Positions 27,769 through 39,759 are shown, counted from the first letter of the whole stretch. The stretch is 63,326 bases of DNA, filler included, from Octopus bimaculoides (GCF_001194135.2; 7 parts of 6 records of this genome joined end to end with filler, not necessarily neighbours in it), one strand, 5' to 3'. Numbers and translations: made by a program. Notes: generated from the sequence alone by a model not told the origin.

Positions 27769-27834
27769 TCCACACGGTGATGGAATGACTTGAAACTTAA
27801 AGGGACTGATGATGTCATTCCATCAATGTGTGGA
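27769..27834 (+). ncRNA. Candidate pre-miRNA-like hairpin (or tiny TIR element)
   Basis: Arms 27769-27789 and 27814-27834 give 19 WC pairs, 1 GU and 1 mismatch, with a 24-nt loop. Strand not firmly determined. Confidence 0.4.
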
Positions 27835-28049
27835 TGCTGGTTGCGCTCATTCATACTCTAGATTCGAATTTCTATAGTTTCGAATTTTTGTCACTTTCTG
27901 TTTTGAACTTGACAAAGACAGGCTTGCTGTTGAAATATTGTTCAACCAATAAAATATCTATTGCTATCACATCGTGCTCTTTGTCTTGTCTAATAATAAT
28001 AATAATAATGATAATAATGATAATAATAATAGTAATAATACTTTCTACT

Positions 28050-28255
28050 AAAGGCACTAGGTCTGGAATTTGTGGGGAGTGGGATAGTTATTTACATCAA
28101 CCCCATTGTTGCACTAGTACTTAAATTTATTGAATCAGAAAGGATGAAAGGCAAAGTTGACCTTGGTGGAATTTGAACACAGAACATAAAGTTGGACTAA
28201 ATGCTGCTAAGCATTTAGCCTAGCATGCTAACAATTCTGCCAGCTTGCTGCCTTA
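28050..28255 (-). mobile_element. SINE family B
   Basis: AAGGATGAAAGGCAAAGTTGACCTTGGTGGAATTTGAAC...CTGCCAGCTTGCTGCCTT. Confidence 0.88.
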
Positions 28256-28267
28256 ATAATAATCATT

Positions 28268-29272
28268 ATTATCATCATCATCATTTAACGTTCGCTTTCC
28301 ATACTGGCTGGCATGGGTTGGACAGTTTGACTGAGAGCTGGCAAGCCAGAAGGCTGCACCAGGCTCCAATCTGATCTGGCAAAGTTTCTATAGGTGGAAG
28401 CCCTTCCTAACGTCAACGACTCCGAGAGTATAGTGGGTACCTTTTATGTGCCTCCAGCATGAGGGCTAGTCAGGTGGCACTGGCAACAACCACGCTCAAA
28501 TGATGCTTTTTACATGCCATCAGCACAGGAGCCAGTCAGGTGGCACTGGCATCAACCACGCTTGAATGGTGCTTTTTATGTGCCACTGGCACAGGAGCCA
28601 GTGAGCCGGCACTGTCAATGATCATGCTCGAATGGTGCTTTTAAATGTGCCACTGACATTAACCATGCTCAAAAGGTGCTTTTTACATGCCACCGGCGCA
28701 GATGCCAATCAGGCGGTACTTTTGTCAGCCATGACAACAATTTCACTTGCTTCAAGAGGTCTTCGCAAGTGAAGTTTATTGCCCAATGATTGAAAGGTAC
28801 TCTTAAATCAGCTAGTTATGCTGCACTGACATAGGCCACTTGGTCTCCCTTGGCTTGCCGGGTCTTCTGAAGCACAGCATATCTCCAAAGGTCTCGGTCA
28901 CTTGTCATCGTCTTGGTGAGACCCAAAGTTCGAAAGTCATGCTTCACCACCTCATCTCAGGTCTTCCTGGGTTTACCTCTTCCACAGTCTCCCTCTATTG
29001 CTAGGGTGTGACACTTTTTCACACNNNNNNNNNNAACACATGACCATACCAGTGCAGTCGTCTCTCTTGCATACCACATCTGATGCTTCTTAAGTCCAAC
29101 TTTTCTCTCAGGGTGCTTACACTCTGTCGTGTATGCTCACTAACATTACTCATCCAGCGGAGCATACTAGCTTCATTCCTTGCAAGCTTACGCATGTTCT
29201 CAGCAGTCATGGCCCATGTTTCACTGCCATGTAGCATGGCTGTTTGCACACATGCATCATATAGTCTCCCGT
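28268..29272 (-). mobile_element. RTE-clade LINE, 5'-truncated 3' end, with 66-bp tandem repeats in the 3' UTR and (GAT)n tail
   Basis: GRLYDACVQTAMLHGSETWAMTAENMRKLARNEASMLRWM...RRLHWYGHV...GKPRKT*DEVVKHD..LGLT..MTSDRDLWRYAV is a typical RTE ORF end. UTR repeat units start at 28465, 28531 and 28597. Confidence 0.9.
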
Positions 29273-29279
29273 TATACTA

Positions 29280-29441
29280 TAGGCACAATTTTATGGGAGG
29301 GGGCCAGTTGATTGCATCGACCCCATTGTTTTACTGGTACTTAATTTATTGACCCTGAAAAAATGAAAGGCAAAGTCAACCTTGGCTGAATTTGAACTCA
29401 GAACGTGAAGACAGATGAAATGCCACTAAGCAGTTTGCCCG

Positions 29442-29476
<35 letters not shown>

Positions 29477-29685
29477 TAACCCTTTCTTGTATATGCACAA
29501 GATCTGAAATTTTGGGGGAGGAGGCCAGTCGATTAGATCGAACTCAGTAGACAACTGGTACTACATTTATTAAGGATGAAAGGCAAAGTTGACCTTAGTA
29601 GAATTTGAACTCAGAATGTAAAGACAGATGAAATGCTGCTAAGCATTTCGCTCGGCGTGCTAACAATTCTGCCAGCTTGACACCT
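29280..29685 (-). mobile_element. Two tandem SINE family B copies (about 29280-29440 and 29480-29685)
   Basis: Shared GGATGAAAGGCAAAGT.GACCT...TTTGAACTCAGAA core. The copies are separated by (AAT)n. Confidence 0.85.
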
Positions 29686-30104
29686 TAATAATAATAATAA
29701 TAATAATAACAACCCTATTGTAGATGCAAGGTCTGAAATTCTGGCGGGTGGGAGGACTAGCCAGTTACCCAATACCAAGCAATAAAAATTTTATTATCAT
29801 CAAATAATTTTCATACATTTGTTTTGTACACACACACACAAATATACATGCACATATACACACACCCATACATGCACATATATTGACTCAAATACAAACA
29901 TGCATACAGATACCTATGTGTGTGTATATACAAACACACATGCACATAGATATGTTTGTATATTTCTTTGTAAAAGGAGGAGGAATCCCAAGGTTTGTTA
30001 TTAACTTATTGGCTGTTTTGTTGAGAACTTAAACTGTTGCCACAGCAACTGCTCTCTGATTTGGTCCCTTCTGGAAATGGAGAATTGTTACTGATATTCA
30101 CAAG

Positions 30105-30900
30105 TGTTGGTGGTGGTTGTGCCGGGAGGTGGTGAGCAACTATGATGGTTGATAAGTGGTTGTGGTGGTAGATTAGACTGATCGTAAATGTTGTTATGGT
30201 GATGGTAGTTTGTGGTGGTGGTTGTTGTTGTTGTTGTTGTGATGGTAGTTGCGGCTGTTGTGGTAGTTGCGGCTGTTGTTGTTGTTGTTGTGGTGGTGGT
30301 GGTAGTTGTGGCTGTTGTGGTAGTTGTAGTGGATGTAGTTGTGGTGGTGGTAATTTTGACTGATCGTAGATATTGTTGTGGTGACAGTGGTAGTGGTAGT
30401 TGTAATGTTTGTGGTTGTTGTGGTGATAGTGTTGGATGTTGTAGTAGTAGTAGTAGTAAAAGTTGTTGTGGGGGTGGAAGTAATTGTGGTAGTTGTGATG
30501 GTTTATGTTATGTGTTTCCCCCCCTCAGTAGGGAAGGAGTTATAGAGGGATTTATTCACACCCTGGGTGTGTAGATGTGACCTGTTCAACTACCTCCATC
30601 TCTCAACAAATGCTTGCAACAAATGGATGACACTAGGGAAATTGCAGTGATGACAGATGTTTAGCACCACCATCACTACCCCACCATCACTACCCCACCA
30701 TCACTGCCTCCAACCTCACACCTCCATCACCACTGCCTCCATCACATCTCTGCCACTACCATCACCGCCTACACCCTCACGACCTCCACCCTCACTACTT
30801 TCACCATCACCACCTACACCCTCACCACTTCCACCATCACTATCTTCACTATCACCACCTCCATCACTCCCACAATCATCACCTTCACCATCACCACTTG
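30105..30900. repeat. Degenerate (GTG/GTT)n tract and complementary (CAC/ACC)n tract
   Basis: Directly visible: 30105-30500 is G/T-rich and 30660-30900 is C/A-rich. Confidence 0.85.
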
Positions 30901-31485
30901 GTTGCCTCCCCACTTGCATATTGTTCATACCTCCATTGGACATACAAACTGAGCAGGAACCCATCCCCTTTCTGTCTCACAAGCCTGTTCAAGTTATGGG
31001 CATATCTTTCCTTCCTTCTCTAAGTCTTATTTATGAGTTTTCCTTTCAAGCATATTACCAGAAAACATCCACTCTATTATAATATCATCTTTAATTAACT
31101 ATGGGCGGGGATTATGGTGATGATGGATTAGTAGAATCGTTTTAGTATTGGAAAAGATTGCTTCAGCAGTATTTGTTCCAGCTCTCTGTGTTCTAGTTTC
31201 AATTCCCTACTAAAATCAACTCTGCCTTTCTTCTATTCAGGTTCAATAAAAAATCACCTGTCTAAGTACTAGCATTGACAGTATTAACTAATCCCTGACT
31301 CCCATAAAAAGTCCTGGCCTTGTGTGACTAAATCAGGTGTTTGTTTTCTTAGACTTTTTGTTACCTTATATTTCGCTTGAAATATACTGCTTTTATTTTG
31401 GGTATCTCTATAAAATAATAACTTATATAAATGTTTATTTGTTTGTTGGTTGGCTGGTTGGTTGGTTGATATCTCTTTTTTTTTT

Positions 31486-31665
31486 TGTTGGCACTCCGTC
31501 GCTTACGACGTCGAGGGTTCCAGTTGATCCGATCAACGGAACAGCCTGCTCGTGAAATTAACGTGCAAGTGACTGAGCATTCCACAGACACATGTACCCT
31601 TAACGTAGCTCTCTGGAATATTCAGCGTGACACAGTGTGACAAGGCTGACCCTTTGAATTACAGG
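31486..31665 (-). mobile_element. SINE family C, 3' part (runs into gap)
   Basis: Nearly identical to 34730-34910. Confidence 0.92.
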
Positions 31666-32406
31666 NNNNNNNNNNNNNNNNNNNNNNNNNNNNNNNNNNN
31701 NNNNNNNNNNNNNNNNNNNNNNNNNNNNNNNNNNNNNNNNNNNNNNNNNNNNNNNNNNNNNNNNNNNNNNNNNNNNNNNNNNNNNNNNNNNNNNNNNNNN
31801 NNNNNNNNNNNNNNNNNNNNNNNNNNNNNNNNNNNNNNNNNNNNNNNNNNNNNNNNNNNNNNNNNNNNNNNNNNNNNNNNNNNNNNNNNNNNNNNNNNNN
31901 NNNNNNNNNNNNNNNNNNNNNNNNNNNNNNNNNNNNNNNNNNNNNNNNNNNNNNNNNNNNNNNNNNNNNNNNNNNNNNNNNNNNNNNNNNNNNNNNNNNN
32001 NNNNNNNNNNNNNNNNNNNNNNNNNNNNNNNNNNNNNNNNNNNNNNNNNNNNNNNNNNNNNNNNNNNNNNNNNNNNNNNNNNNNNNNNNNNNNNNNNNNN
32101 NNNNNNNNNNNNNNNNNNNNNNNNNNNNNNNNNNNNNGAGTATATGACAAGGTGGTTATGGGAGGAATCATACAAAGGAGAAATTTGTTTTAATTTTTAT
32201 CTTAAGGTAATATTCAAATTTTGAAAATTAGTATTCATTTCATCGTTTTGTATAAACGCCAAAAAAAAAAAAAATGATAAAAATTAAATTATCGTATAAT
32301 TAGCGTAAGAATGCCATATTTCTTGATATTACCTATGATGGTAAAAATTTGCTTCCAAAGTTACGTGCCATATAATGAGTAACACTCTGGTTTTGAAAAT
32401 AATGAA

Positions 32407-32575
32407 GGCGCAGGAGTGGCTGTGTGATAAGTAGCTTGCTTACAAACCACATGGTTCCGGGTTAAGTCCCACTGCATGGCACCTTGGGCAAGTGTCTTCT
32501 ACTATAGCCTCGGGCCAACCAAAGCCTTGTGAGTGGATTTGGTAGATGGAAACTGAAAGAAGCCTGTCGTATAGA
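32407..32575 (+). mobile_element. SINE family A head
   Basis: GGCGCAGGAGTGGCTGTGTG..AAGTAGCTTGCTTAC...GGCAAGTGTCTTCTACTATAGCCTCGGGCC...GAAACTGAAAGAAGCC. Confidence 0.9.
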
Positions 32576-32692
32576 TGTATATATATATATATNNNNNNNN
32601 NNNNNNNNNNNNNNNNNNNNNNNNNNNNNNNNNNNNTTAATTAATTAANNNNNNNNNNNNNNNNNNNNNNNNNNNNNNNNNNNNNNNNNNNN

Positions 32693-32725
<33 letters not shown>

Positions 32726-32913
32726 TATAGAGAAGCTCACACCAATACACACACACACACTCATGCACACGCACATACACGCACGTACGCACATACACAC
32801 ATATATTTATATACGTCTGCACCCGCACATGCACATGCACATATACATCTATACACACACTATACATACGCATACATATAATACGTATATACGTACGTAT
32901 GTATATATGTATG

Positions 32914-32974
<61 letters not shown>

Positions 32975-33084
32975 TAAAACGTTCAGACAGACGATACAAA
33001 AGCGGACAAGAAGTATGTATATATTCATGCATGTATATATATATATGTATGTGTGTGTGTATACATACACACACACACATATAT

Positions 33085-33129
<45 letters not shown>

Positions 33130-34007
33130 TGCACTTATATAAGTATATTTTATAGATATGTGTCTCTACTGACGCATAACTAAATTAGTAATGTTGGTCA
33201 AACTAAAAATAACATCGTTTCCATCATATTTGACATTTTATTGGATCCAAGACAAAACAAGACAAAACAAGACGAGAATATTATACCGGAAGTTGCAAAC
33301 TTCATATTACCAGACCAATGTAATGGAATAGACGTTAATGCTAGGATCAAAACAATGTATTTTAAAGGGAAATAACTATGAAAATGATCATTAACTGAAC
33401 ATCGTTGGGTAGTGTTTGCTTCTTTTGTTTTTTGTGTGTTTTTGTTATCTTCTAGTTTCTTTTATTGTGACTTTTGAGTTGGTTTCATCCGCCATTAGTT
33501 GAATAAAATGCGTCTGAGATTTTCAGCGGGGTCAAGGTCATTGTCTGTGATTTATTTTTCATAAAGGGACATTTTCGCCGTGGCACAATTGGATGATATG
33601 TTAGAACGCAGAATACTGTGATACCATGAGCTCTTATATGATTTTGCGGTGCATATAAGCACTCTTGCTTATATCGCTAGCGGGAGACAATCACTGTCAT
33701 TGCCGTCGCCAGGACTACCATATCACGAGATTCCGACCTTCCTTGATCTTGTCAATGGTTGACGCCTAACCGCTGAAAATAGCGGCGACCGCTCCGCTAG
33801 AGATATACATAGAATTACAATGTGCCTAACCAGGCACTGGTGCCGCGTATGTTATTGTTGTTTGTTCCTTCTCGAGCCATGCCTGGCTCATAAGGGCCGG
33901 TTTCCCCGCCTCTGATTGGAACTCTCCCGTATGACATGTACGCATGCTCAGTGACTTGCTTTAACTTCCGCGGACGAACGATTCACAGGCTGTACTGATC
34001 GGTTAAT

Positions 34008-34275
34008 ATGTCTCCCAAGAAATCACGCAAATACTGTTGTATATGCAGCAATTATAGAGAGAAGAATTGTAGACGGCAATGTTATTTCACTACATAGATA
34101 TCCTGCAAACGTAGCTATTCGTCGTATTTGGCTTCAGAGGTCGAGACTTGTGAGGAAAGACTCTGTTTACACTGCAAATAGCCAAATGTGTTCCCAGCAT
34201 TTCGTCAATTTTAATGGACTATCGAAAGATCACCCCTTGCCATCCGTTTTTCCAAACAAAGTATTTAAAATATCA
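34008..34275 (+). pseudogene. THAP zinc-finger domain, N-terminus of a probable transposase (frameshifted)
   Basis: MSPKKSRKYCCICSNYREK /frameshift about 34065/ IVDGNVISLHRYPANVAIRRIWLQRSRLVRKDSVYTANSQMCSQHFVNFNGLSKDHPLPSVFPNKVFKIS|GTAAGT. It has the THAP hallmarks: N-terminal CxxC, (F/Y)P, W, CS.HF and the PSVF (AVPTIF-box) motif. Confidence 0.85.
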
Positions 34276-34505
34276 GTAAGTGCATGATCATATACGCAGT
34301 TAGTAGATGAGTGAAATGTCTCTTTGATTTATCTCCTCATTAACAGATTAGAACATGTTAAAATTCAAGAGGGAAACACAAATTCGAGTGGTCTACGTTG
34401 GTCTAAACACGAAAGTTTAATCTAATAAGTGTTGTGTTGATGTACATGTATTTTTAATAAAGCATTTTGCATTCAAAGAATAAATACATTGAAATTATTA
34501 CATAC

Positions 34506-34555
34506 CCACAAGGGCATGTAATGAAGCTCCGATATGGTTACAGGCTTCTCCTTGC
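34506..34555 (-). pseudogene. 50-nt exon encoding the second half of a SWIM zinc finger
   Basis: tatttcttatttaag|G CAA GGA GAA GCC TGT AAC CAT ATC GGA GCT TCA TTA CAT GCC CTT GTG G|gtatgt translates as QGEACNHIGASLHALV, matching the G.GEACSH.AA.L.AL motif of transposon SWIM fingers. Confidence 0.65.
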
Positions 34556-34727
34556 CTTAAATAAGAAATAGACTATTAGATAAACTTCAGAGATATGTGT
34601 ATGTGCATTTGTATTTGATAAATATGACAGGAATAAAAAAAAAATATTCAAAATTAAGACTCATTTATTTATTGCTTTAATTATAAATTTATTTACTTAC
34701 ATCCATAAAAAATACAATTTATTGTTG

Positions 34728-35086
34728 TATTGTTGGCACTCCGTCGCTTACGACGTCGAGGGTTCCAGTTGATCCGATCAACGGAACAGCCTGCTCGTGA
34801 AATTAACGTGCAAGTGGCTGAGCACTCCACAGACACGTGTACCCTTAACGTAGTTCTCGGGGATATTCAGCCTGACACAGTGTGACAAGGCTGACCCTTT
34901 GAATTACAGGCACAACAGAAACAGGAAGAAAGAGTGAGAGAAAGTTGTTGCGGAAGAGTACAGCAGGGTTCGCCACCATCCCCTGCCGGAGCCTCGTGGA
35001 ACTTTAGGTGTTTTCGGTGTGGGAATCGAAACCGCGATCCTATGACCGCGAGTTCGCTGCCCTAATCACTGGGCCACTGCGCCTCC
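34728..35086 (-). mobile_element. SINE family C, near full length, inserted into the SAP/SWIM gene
   Basis: tRNA-like head on - (GGCGCAGTGGCCCAGTGATTAGG...GGTTTCGATTCCC) and 3' end ...CGACGGAGTGCCAACAA. Confidence 0.9.
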
Positions 35087-35452
35087 ACCATGGTAAAATA
35101 TGCTACTCCTTAACTGTTGCTTTGCCTTCATCCGTAGCACGAGGTAATTGTGAATATCATTATCTGTGAAATTCGGCAACTTATAAAGATCTTTAGTCCA
35201 ATCTTCTAAGCAGATTGGGATCAGGTAAAACTTCACCGAGAGGAGATATAAGCTTCTGCTTATTCCTGTCTGAAGTACACTTATCGTCCGATGAATTTAA
35301 TTTGTTGACATTCTTCATCGACAGAATTTTCATACCTTTTAACCTTTCAACCAAGTCCGCTTTTCTTCCAGTAACATACTGTCCATATAATCTTAAATAA
35401 TTCCTTAACTCGGGAACAGTAAGTGCTTCGATAGCTGAGTCATCATATCCAT
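35087..35452 (-). pseudogene. SAP-domain protein N-terminus (ORF2-like of ISL2EU/Harbinger-type elements), frameshifted
   Basis: DDSAIEALTVPELRNYLRLYGQYVTGRKADLVERLKG (SAP core 35423-35340)...EVLPDPNLL /frameshift about 35207/ EDWTKDLYKLPNFTDNDIHNYLVLRMKAKQQLRSSIFYHG. The probable ATG at 35452 is out of frame by 1 nt. Confidence 0.8.
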
Positions 35453-35564
35453 GATAAGACGTAAAACAATAACAATAGCGTGGATCGTCTTCGGAAGTTT
35501 GTCTATATGGAGCGCCGCCTAGCTAAGGGAGATAACCTACTCATCGGAAAGCCCTATTCCCCAC

Positions 35565-35737
35565 CTGGACGCTGTTTATCTTGATATGCGATTGCCATGT
35601 CGTGCACACATGGTTGTGATTCATGTGCCTGGTGTACCCTTATCATACGGGTAGTGATGATGGGTATGTTGGACTTCATATACTTGTACCCCGATGTCAC
35701 TTTGATGGCACGCATTGTTCTCTCACTCAATAATAAA
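35565..35737 (+). mobile_element. Probable retroposon 3' end with (TAA)n tail
   Basis: Complex block ending CTCTCACTCAATAATAAAAATAA. Family not assigned. Confidence 0.45.
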
Positions 35738-35744
35738 AATAATC

Positions 35745-36057
35745 CTTTCTCCTAAAGGCACAAGGCCTGAAATTTGGGGGAGGGAGTGTTTCACTGGTAC
35801 TTAATTTATCGACCCCGAACGTAGTGACAAACAAAATACTGCTAAGCATTTCGCCCGGTTTGCTAACGATTCTGCCAGCTCACCGCCTTTACATCGACCC
35901 CAGCATTTGACTGGTACTTATTTCATCGACCCAGAAAGGATGAAAGGCAAAGTCGACCTAGGTGGAATTTGAACTCGGAACGTAGCGACGGGCGACATAC
36001 TGCTAAGCATTTCGTTCAGCGTGCTAACGATTCTGCCAGGTCGACGCCTTCAATAAC

Positions 36058-36092
<35 letters not shown>

Positions 36093-37305
36093 TGATGATG
36101 ATGATGATGATGATGATTATGATTATGATGATGATGATGATGATAATAATAACAATAATAATGATGATGATAATAATATGAACAGAATGTAGATACAGAA
36201 GGAGTGGTAGTTCAATTCAATTCAATATCCTATTCTACTCCAAGCACAAAGCCCGAAATTTTGGGGGAGAGGGGGGTCTGTCGATTGGATCGACCCCAGT
36301 ACGCAACTGCTACTTGATTTGGCGACCCCGAAAGGATGAAAGTCCAAGTTGACCTCGTTGGAATTTGAACTCAGAACGTTAAGACCGACGAAATACCGTT
36401 AATACCGTTTCTGCCAGCTCGCAGCCTTAACTCAATTCAATATCGATTCACCAATTTCCAATAATCCAATAATGTGATTATGAATTAATCACAAAGGTTT
36501 TATTGTAAATGACATGACGAGATTCTAAGCTGGGAGTTTTAAAAAAATGCTTCTGCTGCTTTCCCTGGTCATGAACGTTAGTGATTACACTACAGTGAGT
36601 ATACCATCTCGTGTTAGCAAATTCAGGACGTTTATTTGGTAGAACTGTTAGCACGCCGGGGAAAATGCTCAGTCGCATTTCGTTCCTCTTTATGCGTTCT
36701 GAGTTCAAATTACGCTGGTGTTGACTTTGCCTTTTATCCTTTGGGGGTCAATAAAATAAATGCCAGCTTAGTACTGGGAATCGATGTATTCGACTAACCC
36801 CTTCCCCTAATACTTCAGGTATTGTGCCTATAGAAAAAAGGATTATTTTATCAAATTCATTGACACACCGGGCAAATTGCTATCAGTAACATTTCGTTCG
36901 TCTTTTCGTTCTGAGTTCAAATTCCGCCGAGGTTGACTTTGCCGTTCATCCCTTCTAGGGTCGATGAAACCAGTACCAGTTGAGCACTGGGATCGATGTA
37001 ATTGTCTTCCTGCTCCCACCAAACTTACGACCTTGTGCCTATAGTAGAAAGGGTTATTTTAACTGTATATGAAAAGGGAAAGAGAGTAGGTGTCCTGTAA
37101 TGTAAAAAAAATCCTTTCTAATTTAGTCATAAAGTCAGCATTTTTGAGGGGAGGGGAGGGGAAAATGGTTTTCATCGATTCCAGTGCTCAATTGATACTT
37201 ACTTTTATCGACCCCGAAACAATGAAAGGCAAAGTTGACACCAGTGATATTTGAACCCAGAACGTGAAGAGCCGGAAGAGCAATTTGTAACGATTCTGAC
37301 AGCTA
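35745..37305. mobile_element. Cluster of about six SINE family B copies in both orientations
   Basis: Minus: about 35745-35890, 35890-36050, 36230-36430, 37140-37305. Plus: about 36640-36840, 36860-37055. All share the GTCGACTTTGCCTTTCATCC core. Confidence 0.88.
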
Positions 37306-38007
37306 ACCGTCGTACTGTGGTGCAAAAATCGTATAATCGATAAAGTGGTTGTTCTATAAACACAGCAACAGATATAAGATTCTACCGCCATTCATGGGCT
37401 AGTGGTTTCGAAATCTAATCCCTATAATCCGAAATATAACACCCGTAGGGATTTATGTGTTTTCATTCTTTGGATTTTCATTAATAAAAAGTGAAAAAAA
37501 AAAAAAAAGGAATATAGCAGAGAGATCGATAATGTTCACTATTGATAAATTTCCTGTTATGACGCTAAATAGGTTTGATCCTAAAATAGGTTAGCCATAA
37601 AGCCATGATGTTCTAATAGGAATCTGAAGTTATGAGAAATATTGTTAGTCTGGCATTAGAGGAACCGTCTTTTGTGATTTACGGTTAGCCTAATCGATGC
37701 AGTATTTCCAATAATTCACGCACGCTTTTTCCATGTTCTTATTGCTCCACTGTCTATGTTTCCGCTCTTTCTCTCTCTCTCTCTTTCTCTATCTATCTCT
37801 TTATCGCGTTCTACCTCTCTATCCCTCTCTCGCGCCTCTCTCTTTCTCTTTCTCTTGTGCTTGCTCTTCACTTCACTCTCATTATAATTTCTATGTGAAA
37901 TATTTCCAAGTTGCACATGAATTTCTGGATGCATGTGTGCGTGTGCGTGTATGTATATTAGTACGTGTATGCGTATGTAAATATGTGCATATATGTGTGC
38001 CTCTATC

Positions 38008-38042
<35 letters not shown>

Positions 38043-38399
38043 GCTATTGTGTTGTTTTCCTTCAGCATCGTACTTGTCCTATTTTATTGTGTTGTTTTGT
38101 CTCGTTTTCTTTACATTGTAAGAAGAGAACTGATTTTTTCATCACCCCTTGACCTAACCATGCGTCTTTTCATAGCGTTTATTCTTTCTGCGTTTCAGTA
38201 GGTAACACACCATTAAATGCTTTACCTGTGTTTGTGTCCTTATTATTTTTCCGTGTTTTTTAAAATTCAATTTTTGAGTGGTTCATTTTTAGTATTCTCG
38301 TTTGATGAGAGCAGTCGAGTTTATTTCAGATATTCTCATTTTAAAAATCATCTCCGGCTAATCGTTAAGAGGACATTGGAGTTGCCTTGGCGGAGGTTT

Positions 38400-39200
38400 A
38401 CGCTCTCTGAGTGCTCTTGTTACGTTGCTATTGTTGTTGTTGTTATCATTATAATTTTCCGATTGATTTGCAGTGCTACCGGGGAGTTTTGCCTGTTTTG
38501 GAGATAAACTTTACAGGCACGGAAGTGCCCTTCAGCCGAGCATGTCCGAGATGCGCGCAGGACGACGAGACGGTTCTGCATGCACTCGTGCAGTATCCGA
38601 GCATTGCTGACCTGTGGGTTTATGCCGAATATCTGCTGTCGCGTGTGGGACGGCTCCGGCTGTCAACTGTTTGAGATGGATTCGGCTTCAACGAGATTGA
38701 AGGGGCTGAAGACAAACACTTTTCTCTTTGGCCAATCACTGATGAACTTCAAGTTTCACTTGAAGGGTGTTACGTTCCAAAACCTCCCAGAGATATAAGT
38801 AAAATCTAAAAAAAATATAAATACCTATTGGCCGCAGAAACCCGGATATATTGAGGAGTCTGTGATATAAATTTACATATATTAACCAGAAAAATCCACG
38901 ATGTACTGAGGGCGCGATAAGTGAACCGCGATATGATGAAGGATTACTGTATTGTCTTCTAGTCAGTTTGCTGAACGGTGGATGAACGAGAATGGTGCGA
39001 GCGAACGACGAGCGAACGGGCGAGAATGGTACGAGCGAACGGGCCTGCCCTGAGCATATGCCTATAGTTGGAAAAAGGACAGGAAAAAAGACACTTACCC
39101 CATAAGTCAGGGTGCCCATGGTTTTTTATGGGTTTTTTCCATGAGCAGCCGTCGAACGTTCCCTTCCTATTGAGGATTGCACTTTCTTTCTTTCTTTCTT
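38400..39200 (+). mobile_element. L1/Tx1-like LINE ORF2 C-terminus (zf-RVT) and 3' UTR, decayed and interrupted
   Basis: CYRGVLPV / GDKLYRHGS / CPRCAQDDETVLHAL (C..C....ET..H) ... TRLKGLKTNTF...FKFHLK. The frame resumes after 38950 as LSSSQFAERWMN / ARMVRANGPALSICL*, then a T-rich UTR. Confidence 0.75.
38885..38949. mobile_element. Tigger/pogo-like DNA transposon terminus inserted in the LINE
   Basis: Reverse complement TA|CAGTAATCCTTCATCATATCGCGGTTCACTTATCGCG resembles Tigger TIRs (CAGTAATCCCTCG...) with a flanking TA. The other terminus was not found. Confidence 0.5.
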
Positions 39201-39665
39201 TCTTTTTTATTTTGTTAGTCTTGTTTACACGCAAAACCCCCAATACACATTCACACATACACACACACTCACACACATACACACACACACTCACACACAT
39301 ATACACACACACTCGCACACATATACACACACGTTCTTTGTTTTGTCCTGTGCTGTCCATAATGTTTTCCTTAATCTTCTTGTGGTTAATAAATACATCA
39401 TCATTATCATTTTTTTTTGCCTCTGTATACCTAGTGGAAGAGTTACCACAATCCTATAAAACATTACCAAAAATGAAGTAGATTGACAAGTTTATTTTTT
39501 GAACCTGCGGAAAGTGTGCTAGATGCCGAAATATCGTTCACTTGATAACAATGGCACTCTTCTTTTTTTGATCGGAACAACTGGAACTCCCGTAGCCGTA
39601 ACACACAGCGTATCCGTTAAATCTCTCTCTCTCTCTCTCTCCTTCTCTATCTCTCTCTCCTTCTC

Positions 39666-39759
<94 letters not shown>

